Assembly (NCBI GenBank): GCA_009838635.1
Contig: VXRE01000020.1
Location: forward strand, 2,633-66,632
Length of the DNA: 64,000 nt
Reading direction: 5' to 3'
Origin: Acidimicrobiia bacterium
GTDB taxonomy: Bacteria > Actinomycetota > Acidimicrobiia > Spongiisociales > Spongiisociaceae
This document shows positions 45,057 to 53,373 of this stretch, in pieces. The translations under genes were made by a program, and so were the position numbers. The notes below the pieces were generated by a model. That model had not been told where the DNA came from and searched no databases. It saw nothing but the letters and a program-made list of their open reading frames with translations. Position 1 is the first letter of the stretch; each line of letters starts with the position of its first letter.

Positions 45057-45724
45057 GGGCATCCGGCCGGGTCCGGGTCAGGGAGGAGAACCAGGACCGG
45101 TCGGAGGGGCGTCCCTTCGTAGTCGGTGTAGCGGGCGGGTCGGGCTCGGGCAAGAGCACGATCTGCGAAGCGATCGTCGAGCGGATCGGCGCTGAGCACG
45201 TGGCGCTGATCGCCCATGATGCCTACTACCGGCACCGGCCCGAGATCTCCTACGAGGAGCGGACCAAGGTCAACTACGACCATCCCGACTCGCTGGAGAC
45301 CGAGTTGCTCCTGACCCACCTGGAGAGCCTGGCGGCGGGGCAGACGATCCAGCACCCGCTGTACGACTTCACCCGCCACCTGCGCCGGTCCCGGACCCTG
45401 CCAATCCCGCCACGGCCGGTGATCCTGATCGAGGGCATACTGACGCTGGTGGAGCCCGACCTGCGGGAGATGCTGGACCTTCGGGTCTTCGTGGACACAG
45501 ACGCCGACTTGAGGGTGCTGCGCCGGGTGGGCCGGGACATGCGGGAGAGGGGGCGATCGCTCGAATCGGTAGTCGCCCAGTACCAGGGCACCGTGAAGCC
45601 CATGCACGAGCGGTTCGTGGAACCCTCGAAGCGGTACGCCGACCTGATCATTCCCGAGGGATACAACCGCCAGGCGGTCGGCGCGCTGGTGGCCATGATC
45701 CGCGAGGTCCTCGACCGTCGATAG
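45053..45724 (+). CDS. udk: Uridine kinase
   Basis: VVGVAGGSGSGKSTICEAI (P-loop) ... NYDHPDSLE ... HPLYDF ... VILIEGIL ... FVDTDADLRVLRRVGRD. The GTG start overlaps the upstream TGA (GTGA). Confidence 0.9.
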   Translation: MRASGRVRVREENQDRSEGRPFVVGVAGGSGSGKSTICEAIVERIGAEHVALIAHDAYYRHRPEISYEERTKVNYDHPDSLETELLLTHLESLAAGQTIQHPLYDFTRHLRRSRTLPIPPRPVILIEGILTLVEPDLREMLDLRVFVDTDADLRVLRRVGRDMRERGRSLESVVAQYQGTVKPMHERFVEPSKRYADLIIPEGYNRQAVGALVAMIREVLDRR

Positions 45725-45787
45725 TCCCCCCGAGACGAAGTCCTGGCGAAGCCGGATCGGTCCTGCGGCGCGCCATATACTCCGACC

Positions 45788-46606
45788 ATGGATCGGTCCT
45801 CCATCGCAATCGTCGGGGTCGGCGCCATGGGCGGCGCCCTCTTGTCCGGCCTCCTCGAGGCCGGCTGGACTCCCGCTGACCTGACACTGATCGAGGCCTA
45901 CGAACCTCGGGCCGCGGAGTTGCGGGAAGCCACCGGCTGCCGCACCGTGACCGTGCCGTCCGATGGCATCGACGGCCAGGATATCGTGGTCCTGGCGGTC
46001 AAACCCCAGGACATCCACGGTGCCCTGCTTCAACTGGCCGAGGTCTTGACCGCGGATCAAGTACTCGTGGCGCTGGTCGCCGGGGTTCCGATCAGCGTGT
46101 ACGAGCGGGCTCTCGGCGAGGTGCCGGTGATCCGGACCATGCCCAACACGCCCGCACTGGTAGGTGAGGGGATCACCGCCTGCGCGGCCGGCGCCCACGC
46201 CACCGCCGGTCACCTGGCTATGGCCCGGACCGTACTGTCGGCCGTGGGCCTGGTGGAGGAGGTCGAAGAGGCCCTGATGGATGCGGTGACCGCGGTGTCG
46301 GGGAGCGGACCGGCCTATGCCTACCTGCTCGCCGAGGCGATGGTTGCCGAGGGAATCCGCCAGGGACTCGATCCGGCGACAGCGCTGCGGCTGACGGCCC
46401 GGACCATCAGGGGCGCAGGGACGATGATGGAGACCTCCGATGACGACCCGTCCGTGCTGCGTGAACGGGTGGCGTCCCCGGGCGGCACCACCGCCGAGGC
46501 CCTGGCGGTCATGGACCGGCGCGGCTTCGTGGACGTGGTCCGTGAGGCGGTAGCCGCCGCGACGGACCGCTCCATAGAGCTCGGAGAGATCGCCGCCGGC
46601 TCGTAA
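45788..46606 (+). CDS. proC: Pyrroline-5-carboxylate reductase
   Basis: IAIVGVGAMGGALLSGL ... VLAVKPQD ... IRTMPNTPALVGEGITA ... SGSGPAYAYLLAEAM ... VASPGGTTAEAL. Confidence 0.93.
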   Translation: MDRSSIAIVGVGAMGGALLSGLLEAGWTPADLTLIEAYEPRAAELREATGCRTVTVPSDGIDGQDIVVLAVKPQDIHGALLQLAEVLTADQVLVALVAGVPISVYERALGEVPVIRTMPNTPALVGEGITACAAGAHATAGHLAMARTVLSAVGLVEEVEEALMDAVTAVSGSGPAYAYLLAEAMVAEGIRQGLDPATALRLTARTIRGAGTMMETSDDDPSVLRERVASPGGTTAEALAVMDRRGFVDVVREAVAAATDRSIELGEIAAGS

Positions 46607-46679
46607 CCGTTTGGTCGACAAGTCCGGCAAGGCTGCGCTCTACACTCGGGCGACCGTCCGAAACACGGAGGGAGCCTGG

Positions 46680-48824
46680 ATGCGCCGCAAGTTCACCGCC
46701 GCCGAGATACTGGTGTTCCTGGGAGTGCTGGCGGTGGTCGGAACCCTGGCGAGTTGGTTTGCCGGACAGTTTCCGGGCCACGCCGAGAGCCCCGTATCCC
46801 GCAAGGTGTTCGTCAACATCCCGGCCGCGGTGGAAGGCATGTTCTACGTGGCGGTGGCGGGCTTCCTCTTCCTTACCTTCTACCTGTTCTCGCTCCGCGC
46901 CAAGAACTGGCAGCGGGGCGCGCCCGACCGGCGCACCGGTCACTGGAGGGAGCGGCTGGAGGCCATGGGCGCCGGACTCCGGATGCAGACGCTCATGCGC
47001 GACCGCGGCGCCGGCCTCATGCACTCCATGGTCTACTACGGGTTCCTGGTGCTGTTCCTGGGTACCGTGACCCTGGAGATCGACCATCTGCTGCCGGCCG
47101 GTCTCAAGTTCCTCCAGGACGACGTATACCGGGCCTATTCCTTCATCCTGGATGCGGCGGCTCTGGTGTTCCTCGGGGGCTTGGCCTGGGCCTTCGTGAG
47201 AAGGTATGGACAGGCCCCGTGGCGCCTGCGGTCCAAGACCCGACCCGAGGACTTCTGGATCCTCGTCACCCTGGCCCTGATCGGCGTCAGCGGGCTGGCC
47301 ACCGAAGCGGCCCGGATCGCGGTCGAGAACCGGCCGTCCTACGAGGTGTGGTCGTTCGTGGGCTATCCGCTCTCGCTCTTGGTGCCGCAAGGGCCGGCAG
47401 CGGGGATCCATCAGGTCATCTGGGTGATCCACGTGGCCTCCTTCCTGGCGTTCCTGGTCGTGCTGCCCACTACCAAGCTCCGGCACATGGTCACCTCGCC
47501 GGTCAACATGTTCCTCGGTCCCAAGGAGCGGCCACCTGGCGCCATGCGTGAGATGCCCAACCTGATGGAGGTTGACGACATCGAGACCGTGGGCGCGTCG
47601 CTCGTGGGGGAGTTCACCTGGAAACAGCTGCTCGACACCGACGCATGCACGGTGTGCGGGCGGTGCACATCGGTGTGCCCTGCCACCGCCACGGGCAAAC
47701 CGCTGGATCCGCGCGAGATCGTGCTCAAGCTCGGCGAGGTGGCGGCCCGCACGGCCGATCCGGCCGTGACGCCCCCGGTCTCGGTGGACGAGGCCATAAC
47801 CGTGTCCGCCGACAACGTGTTCGAGCGGATCACCCCCGAGGAGCTCTGGGCCTGCACATCGTGCAAGGCATGCGACGAGATCTGCCCGGTCGACATCGAG
47901 ATCCTGGACAAGATCCTCGACATGCGCCGCTACCTGGCGTTGATGGAAGCGGACTTCCCGGCCGAGCTGGGGAAGGCCTACCTGTCGATGGAGAACTCCT
48001 CCAATCCGTACGGTATGGCCCAGGCGGACCGAGCGGCGTGGACCGCCGAACTGGACTTCGAGGTGCCGATCCTCGGCCAGGATGTGGAGACGGCCGAGTA
48101 TCTCTACTGGGTGGGGTGTGCCGGCTCGTTCGATGACCGTAACCGGAAGGTGACGGTGGCGACTGCCCGCCTCCTCCATGAGGCCGGGGTCAGCTTCGCC
48201 ATCCTGGGTCCCGCCGAGCTATGCACCGGTGATCCGGCCCGGCGGTCGGGAAACGAGTTCGTCTTCCAGATGCTCGCCATCCAGAATGTCGAGACGCTCG
48301 AGGACCGCGGGGTCCGCAAGGTCATCACCCAGTGCCCGCATTGCTTCAACACCCTGAAGAACGAGTACCCGCAGTTCGGTGGCGACTACGAGGTGATCCA
48401 CCACAGCCAAGTCCTGTCCGACCTGGTGAGCCAGGGCCTGCTCAGGACGAGGAACGGGCAGTCCAAGACGGTGACCTACCACGATTCTTGCTACCTCGGG
48501 CGCCATAACGGCGTGTACATGGCCCCCCGGGGAGTGGTGGCCTCCATCGGCGGGATCAACGTGGTGGAGATGGGCCGCTCCGGGACCCGCTCGTTCTGTT
48601 GCGGGGCCGGCGGTTCGCAGATGTGGATGGAGGAACGGGTCGGCAAGAAGGTCAACATCGACCGGGCCGAGGAGGCGGTGGCAACCGGAGCGGACGAGGT
48701 AGCCGTGGCATGCCCCTTCTGCTTCGTGATGCTCGATGACGGCGTCCGCGAGCTCGGCCAGGAGGAATCGGTGGCCGTCCGGGACATCTCGATGATCCTG
48801 GCCGACTCCGTCTTCGAAGACTAG
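46680..48824 (+). CDS. Membrane-anchored (Fe-S)-binding reductase (NarI-like TM domain + 2x[4Fe-4S] + two CCG domains; HdrD/GlpC-like, Rv0338c-like)
   Basis: N-terminal TM helices, then CTVCGRCTSVCP and CTSCKACDEICP ferredoxin motifs, then CCG-type motifs (WVGCAGSFD ... ITQCPHCFNTL ... HDSCYLGR ... CCGAGG ... ACPFC). Start ATG 46680 with SD ggaggga. Confidence 0.85.
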   Translation: MRRKFTAAEILVFLGVLAVVGTLASWFAGQFPGHAESPVSRKVFVNIPAAVEGMFYVAVAGFLFLTFYLFSLRAKNWQRGAPDRRTGHWRERLEAMGAGLRMQTLMRDRGAGLMHSMVYYGFLVLFLGTVTLEIDHLLPAGLKFLQDDVYRAYSFILDAAALVFLGGLAWAFVRRYGQAPWRLRSKTRPEDFWILVTLALIGVSGLATEAARIAVENRPSYEVWSFVGYPLSLLVPQGPAAGIHQVIWVIHVASFLAFLVVLPTTKLRHMVTSPVNMFLGPKERPPGAMREMPNLMEVDDIETVGASLVGEFTWKQLLDTDACTVCGRCTSVCPATATGKPLDPREIVLKLGEVAARTADPAVTPPVSVDEAITVSADNVFERITPEELWACTSCKACDEICPVDIEILDKILDMRRYLALMEADFPAELGKAYLSMENSSNPYGMAQADRAAWTAELDFEVPILGQDVETAEYLYWVGCAGSFDDRNRKVTVATARLLHEAGVSFAILGPAELCTGDPARRSGNEFVFQMLAIQNVETLEDRGVRKVITQCPHCFNTLKNEYPQFGGDYEVIHHSQVLSDLVSQGLLRTRNGQSKTVTYHDSCYLGRHNGVYMAPRGVVASIGGINVVEMGRSGTRSFCCGAGGSQMWMEERVGKKVNIDRAEEAVATGADEVAVACPFCFVMLDDGVRELGQEESVAVRDISMILADSVFED

Positions 48825-48883
48825 TTTCTAGTTACTTGCGACTAGTCACTAATAAAAGCTAGCAACTAGCAACTAGCAACTAG
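48822..48883. repeat. CTAG-heptad inverted array, locus D
   Basis: Left arm (degenerate): TAG TTTCTAG TTACTTG CGACTAG TCACTAA. Then TAAAAG. Right arm: CTAG (CAACTAG)x3. The first TAG is the stop of the Fe-S reductase gene. CTA at 48880-48882 is the stop of the minus-strand ORF. Confidence 0.85.
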
Positions 48884-49515
48884 ACATGCGGTGGGAGTGA
48901 CTGCCAGAGGTCGTCGAGCTGCTTGTCCAGGAGGTCGGCCTCTGGCGCCACGTATCCGGCGACACCGCGGCGCTTGACGATGGCTCCCACCTGCCTCAGC
49001 CAACCCAGCACGACATGGCCCTGGTAGGCAGGAGGCGTCGCTCCGTCCACGGAGAGGGCCGTGAAGATGCGCCGGGTGGGGATCGGGTTGTCGGGCCCTC
49101 CGTTGGCCGCGAGGTAGCGGACGATGGCCTCCACCTGCTGCCTGGACGCCCGCACTGTGTAACGGTTCCCACTCTTCTTCGAAGTCACGGTCTTGACGAG
49201 GATGTCGCGGTCCCGGGTGTAGTAGGCCGGTCGTCCGGTGCTTCTCGACAGGTATGAGGCCAGCCACGGGTCCTCGAACTGAACGTACGAGGGGGCCTGG
49301 TGGTTGCCGGATGCCTTGGACAGCCGCACGCTCTCGGCGCGTGTGGCGGTCTCCTTGACCGATCTGGCGAAGGAGGCCAGGTGGACCGCGTCGTCGTACC
49401 GCCCTTCGGACAGGGCGGTCTCGGCCCTCACCCTCAGCGTTTCTTCACAATCGCGAAGGGCGGCCTCGGCCGAGGCCATACTGTCGATTGGTGTCGAAGT
49501 GTTCCGGCGTGTCAT
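48880..49515 (-). CDS. Hypothetical protein (no family recognised)
   Basis: 211-aa ORF with host-like GC and codon pattern. No motif I can name. Confidence 0.5.
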   Translation of the reverse strand: MTRRNTSTPIDSMASAEAALRDCEETLRVRAETALSEGRYDDAVHLASFARSVKETATRAESVRLSKASGNHQAPSYVQFEDPWLASYLSRSTGRPAYYTRDRDILVKTVTSKKSGNRYTVRASRQQVEAIVRYLAANGGPDNPIPTRRIFTALSVDGATPPAYQGHVVLGWLRQVGAIVKRRGVAGYVAPEADLLDKQLDDLWQSLPPHV

Positions 49516-49792
49516 GCTTGTCCGAGACTGTTGAACGTGTCAGGTCTCCATGAGGCTCAATTAACTGCGTGGTAGGGCGGTTCGGGAGTGGTGGCCCGGC
49601 TCGCGAGCCCTGTATTCGCGAAGAATCAGCCTCTCGAACACGCGCCGGATCAGCGGAGCTACCTGATGCGTGCCGCCGCAAATTACCACGGCCTAGACCG
49701 CGAAGGTAGCACCGAACGGACCCCGTTCACAGGATTTACACACCCGTACTCGCCTTAGCGGATGGACATTCGTAGCGAGTACCCTCCGGCCC

Positions 49793-50608
49793 ATGAAGAT
49801 CGGTTATCAAGGCGAAGGCCTCTCGTACTCGGACCAGGTGGCGATCCGACTCTTCCCGGATGCGCAGCGGGTCGGTTTCGGCAGCTTCGCCCGAGCCTTC
49901 CTGGCGCTCGGGCACGGTGATGTTGATCGGCTGGTGCTGCCGATCGAGAACTCCACCGTCGGGAGCATCTTGCCGGTTCTCGACCGGCTGGCCCGTCACC
50001 CGGTCTCGATCATCGGCGAACACCTCATCGAGGTGCGCCATGCCCTGATCGGCCTTCCCGGATCGACCATCGACGGTATCAAAGAGGTCTGGTCGCATCC
50101 CCAAGCTCTCGCACAGGCGGATGACCGCATCGAGCAGGCAGGATGGAGCCCGATTCCTTTCTACGACACGGCCGGTGCGGTTCGGGCTGTTGTCGAGAGA
50201 GGTGATCCTTCGGTGGCTGCTCTGGCCCCTCTGCACACTGCCCGGCGGCATGGCGCGCAGGTACTCCAGGAGGAGTTCCTGGATCGGGACCACAACACCA
50301 CCCGGTTCGTGATCCTGGCCGCGGACGGATGGGAGGTGAGCGACGACGCCAACAAGACCTCCATGGTGTTCGAGACGGCTCACTCACCCGGCGCGCTGGC
50401 CCTTGCCCTCACCGAACTCGGCCTGCGCGGCGCCAACCTGACGCACTTGCAGTCACGGCCCGCGGACGAGGCCTGGAAGTACCGGTTCTACGCCGACATG
50501 ATCCATGAACCCGGTCCGCGAGGAGTCAAGGACATCCTGGAGCCCCGTCCGGCCACCCTGGCTGCGTTGCGCGTACTGGGTACCTACCCGGCGGCCGAGG
50601 TTCCCTGA
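49793..50608 (+). CDS. pheA: Prephenate dehydratase, second paralog
   Basis: MKIGYQGEGLSYSDQVA ... LPIENSTVGSI ... VWSHPQALAQ ... NTTRFVIL ... ACT region PGALALALTELGLRGANLTHLQSRP ... YRFYADM. Confidence 0.88.
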   Translation: MKIGYQGEGLSYSDQVAIRLFPDAQRVGFGSFARAFLALGHGDVDRLVLPIENSTVGSILPVLDRLARHPVSIIGEHLIEVRHALIGLPGSTIDGIKEVWSHPQALAQADDRIEQAGWSPIPFYDTAGAVRAVVERGDPSVAALAPLHTARRHGAQVLQEEFLDRDHNTTRFVILAADGWEVSDDANKTSMVFETAHSPGALALALTELGLRGANLTHLQSRPADEAWKYRFYADMIHEPGPRGVKDILEPRPATLAALRVLGTYPAAEVP

Positions 50609-50633
50609 TCGCAAGCCCGACGTAGGGATTCAT

Positions 50634-50657
50634 CAAGGGGCGACCTTGTCGCCCTTG
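50634..50657. terminator. GC hairpin between convergent genes
   Basis: CAAGGGGCGAC-ctt-GTCGCCCTTG forms a ~10-bp stem with one bulged G. There is no T tract. Confidence 0.4.
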
Positions 50658-50668
50658 AGTCGGTGGGA

Positions 50669-50989
50669 TCAGGCCTGGCCGGCAGTCTCGTGGAGGCCGA
50701 CGCTCTCGATGTAGAAGAGGGCGACATCGATCGGACCGGCGCCGGTCTGTATCTCGGCGAAGTCGACCCCCACCTCGGTCAGCACGCCGGTGAAGGACCT
50801 GCCGCCGGTGGTGCGGAGGCGCACCGGATAGCGGAGCTGTTCAGCCTCGATCAGCGAGTCCCGGAGGGTCCGCCGCAGCGGTGGGGTACGGGCTGGGAGG
50901 TCTTGGTCATGTGTGGTACTCATGACATAAGCGTGCCCGCTGTCAGGCCGGGTTTCAAGACCCATGTCTCCGGCGCGATCCGTACCCAT
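50669..50989 (-). CDS. Small hypothetical protein (start uncertain; ATG 50923 gives 84 aa)
   Basis: The ORF has coding-like GC3. The segment YPVRLRTTGGRSFTGVLTEVGVDFAEIQTGAGPIDVALFYIESV is beta-rich. No family recognised. Confidence 0.45.
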   Translation of the reverse strand: MGTDRAGDMGLETRPDSGHAYVMSTTHDQDLPARTPPLRRTLRDSLIEAEQLRYPVRLRTTGGRSFTGVLTEVGVDFAEIQTGAGPIDVALFYIESVGLHETAGQA

Positions 50990-51015
50990 GGCCGGCGCCC
51001 GGATATCCTGAGACC

Positions 51016-51342
51016 ATGGACCCGATCAGGACGAGGACCGCGGGGTTCTCGGCCGCCACCATCGCGCCCGAGCGGACCGATGCCCCGGAGGTGGAGGATC
51101 GAGCCGGTCACGATCGTGGCTGGAACGTGGTGGTCTGGAACGACCCTGTCAACCTCATGTCCTACGTGGTGCTGGTGTTCCGCCGGATCTTCGGGTACTC
51201 GGAGGAGAAGGCGACCCGGTTGATGCTCGAGGTGCACCACGAGGGCCGCTCGATCGTCAGCACCGCACCGCGCGAGAAGGCGGAGATCGATTGCTACACC
51301 CTGCATCGCTACGCCTTGTGGGCGACCATCGAACGGGCGTGA
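51016..51342 (+). CDS. clpS: ATP-dependent Clp protease adaptor ClpS
   Basis: WNVVVWNDPVNLMSYVVLVFRRIFGYSEEKATRLMLEVHHEGRSIV is the ClpS core. Confidence 0.92.
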   Translation: MDPIRTRTAGFSAATIAPERTDAPEVEDRAGHDRGWNVVVWNDPVNLMSYVVLVFRRIFGYSEEKATRLMLEVHHEGRSIVSTAPREKAEIDCYTLHRYALWATIERA

Positions 51343-51818
51343 TGCCACGGTTCAAGGTCTTGGCGGATCGCATCGAGATGCGTCCCGTGGGAGACGACCT
51401 GATGGCCCTTTCCCTCATGCAGGAGATGCTCGCGTCACTGGGTGAGGAGCCCGACGACCCGGCGGTCGAGCGGCTGTCGGTGGCGGCATACCCGGATGAC
51501 GGGGACGCTCAATCCGAGTACGAACGCCTCATGAACCCGGAGTTGGATCGCCAGCGCCGGATGGACCGGGACGCGGTGGCTTCCGTGCTCAAGGCGGCCG
51601 AGAGCGGGAGCGTGGACCTCACCCCTCCGGAGGCGGAGGCGCTGTTGATGGTGCTCAACGAGGCTCGGCTGGCCCTCGGCGCCCGGCTGGGGATCGTGGA
51701 GGATGGCTGGGGGTCCGACGAGAGGCGAACGTCCGATCCGGTCGCGTTGCTCCTCCGCTACCTGACCGGCTACCAGGACGATCTGATTCGGGCGCTGGCA
51801 AAGCGGATCGAGCCCTAG
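51342..51818 (+). CDS. DUF2017-family protein (the conserved actinobacterial partner downstream of clpS)
   Basis: Its ATG overlaps the clpS TGA. An acidic protein with RLSVAAYPDDGDAQSEYERLMNPELDRQRRMD ... LTPPEAEALLMVLNEARLALGARLGI. Confidence 0.7.
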   Translation: MPRFKVLADRIEMRPVGDDLMALSLMQEMLASLGEEPDDPAVERLSVAAYPDDGDAQSEYERLMNPELDRQRRMDRDAVASVLKAAESGSVDLTPPEAEALLMVLNEARLALGARLGIVEDGWGSDERRTSDPVALLLRYLTGYQDDLIRALAKRIEP

Positions 51819-51871
51819 TTTCCACGTCATCTAGGATCGTTGGTTGTCCATCTTCGCCTCGGGAGGTACCG

Positions 51872-52738
51872 GTGACCAGCAGCGCCATTCGTTACGGGAT
51901 CTGCACCGATCAGTCGCTGCCCTATCGCACCCTCGTGGACCGGTGGCAGTACTACGAGGAGCTGGGCTTCGACAGCATCTGGGATTGCGACCATTTCATC
52001 CGACCCAGCGATCCCACCAACGACTATTTCGAGGGTTGGACGCTCCTGACCGCGATGGCGGCGGTCACCAGCCGGATCCGGGTCGGTTGCCTGGTCGCCA
52101 GCAACACCTTCCGCCATCCGGCCTTGCTGGCCCAGCAGGCCATCACGATCGACCACGTCTCCGATGGCCGGCTGGAGTTCGGGATCGGAGCGGGGTGGTT
52201 CGTGGAGGAGCACGAGCGCTTCGGGATACCGTTCGGCGAGCCCGGCGAACTGGTTACCAGGTTCCATGAGGCGGTCGAAGTGGTCGATTCCCTGCTTCGA
52301 GGCGAGGCCACAACTTACGAGGGCCGTCACTACCAGCTCCAAGGGGCGCGCCTGCGTCCTCAACCCGTGCAAAGGCCTCGGCCGCCGTTGACCATGGGCG
52401 CCCACCGGCCCCGCATGCTGCGGATTTGCGCCAGGTTCGCCGATCGCTGGAACTCGTACGGGACGCTCGACGAGATGGCCGAGCGCAACCGTATCCTCGA
52501 CGAGGCCTGCCTGGAGATCGGGCGGGACCCGGGTGAGATCATCAGGTCCTTCTACGGGTGGATACCCAACCTGACCACCTTTGACATGCCCGATCCGTGG
52601 ACCGGGCCGGAGGCGTTCGCGGAGGTGGTGGGCCGCTACGCGGAGGTCGGCGTGAACGAGTTCATCTTCGATCAGCCCCGGGCCGACCAACTGGACAATG
52701 CGGCGGACATCGCCGCCGAGGTTCTCCAGAGCCCGTAA
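51872..52738 (+). CDS. LLM-class (luciferase-like) oxidoreductase, probably F420-dependent
   Basis: 288 aa. FDSIWDCDHF ... RIRVGCLVASNTFRHPALLAQQAITIDHVSDGRLEFGIGAGW. Confidence 0.8.
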   Translation: MTSSAIRYGICTDQSLPYRTLVDRWQYYEELGFDSIWDCDHFIRPSDPTNDYFEGWTLLTAMAAVTSRIRVGCLVASNTFRHPALLAQQAITIDHVSDGRLEFGIGAGWFVEEHERFGIPFGEPGELVTRFHEAVEVVDSLLRGEATTYEGRHYQLQGARLRPQPVQRPRPPLTMGAHRPRMLRICARFADRWNSYGTLDEMAERNRILDEACLEIGRDPGEIIRSFYGWIPNLTTFDMPDPWTGPEAFAEVVGRYAEVGVNEFIFDQPRADQLDNAADIAAEVLQSP

Positions 52739-52872
52739 GCGCCATTCCCCGATTCTTGCTTGGCGCGGAGCTGATCCACCCCGGCGACGGGCCAAAACAC
52801 CGGGCAAATCTCGACAAGAATCCGGCGGTTTTGATACCGTTTGGGTAGCCAGCCGCTCCGAAAGGAAGACGC

Positions 52873-53373
52873 TTGATGAAGGTGTCCATGTCAGTCAATG
52901 GAAGGCAGGTCTCCGGGGAAGCAGAACCACGTACGCTGCTGGTTCACTTCCTACGGGAGAACCTGGGGTTGACGGGCACGCATGTGGGATGCGAATCGTC
53001 CTATTGCGGTGCCTGCACTATCAGCCTCGACGGCCAGGCCGTGCTCTCCTGCACCATGCTGGCCGCCCAGGCCGATGGTGCGGATATCACCACCGTCGAG
53101 GGTCTGGCCCGCAACGGTGAACTGCATCCGGTCCAGGAGGGCTTCTGGGAGCGCCACGGCCTCCAGTGCGGCTTCTGCACACCGGGGATGATCATGTCGG
53201 CCGTAACCCTCCTCGAGGAGAACGACAATCCCTCAGAAGAGGAGATCCGGCGCGGCATCGAAGGCAACCTGTGCCGCTGCACCGGCTACCACAACATCGT
53301 GCGGGCAATCGAATACGCCGGCGCCAAGATGCGCGGCGAAGAGCCCGCCCCGGCCGAATGGGAGAACGCATGA
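52873..53373 (+). CDS. coxS: (2Fe-2S)-binding small subunit of a molybdenum hydroxylase (CoxS/CutS-like)
   Basis: [11 protein letters not shown] and [11 protein letters not shown] ... [12 protein letters not shown] are the two [2Fe-2S] motifs. Confidence 0.92.
   Translation: MMKVSMSVNGRQVSGEAEPRTLLVHFLRENLGLTGTHVGCESSYCGACTISLDGQAVLSCTMLAAQADGADITTVEGLARNGELHPVQEGFWERHGLQCGFCTPGMIMSAVTLLEENDNPSEEEIRRGIEGNLCRCTGYHNIVRAIEYAGAKMRGEEPAPAEWENA

Noticed and set aside
44624-48179. Two long minus-strand ORFs (44624..46630 at 668 aa; 46509..48179 at 556 aa).
   Set aside because: They are antisense to the HhH-GPD gene, udk, proC and the Fe-S reductase gene, all of which have clear family motifs. The translations are Arg/Gly/His/Pro-rich and featureless.
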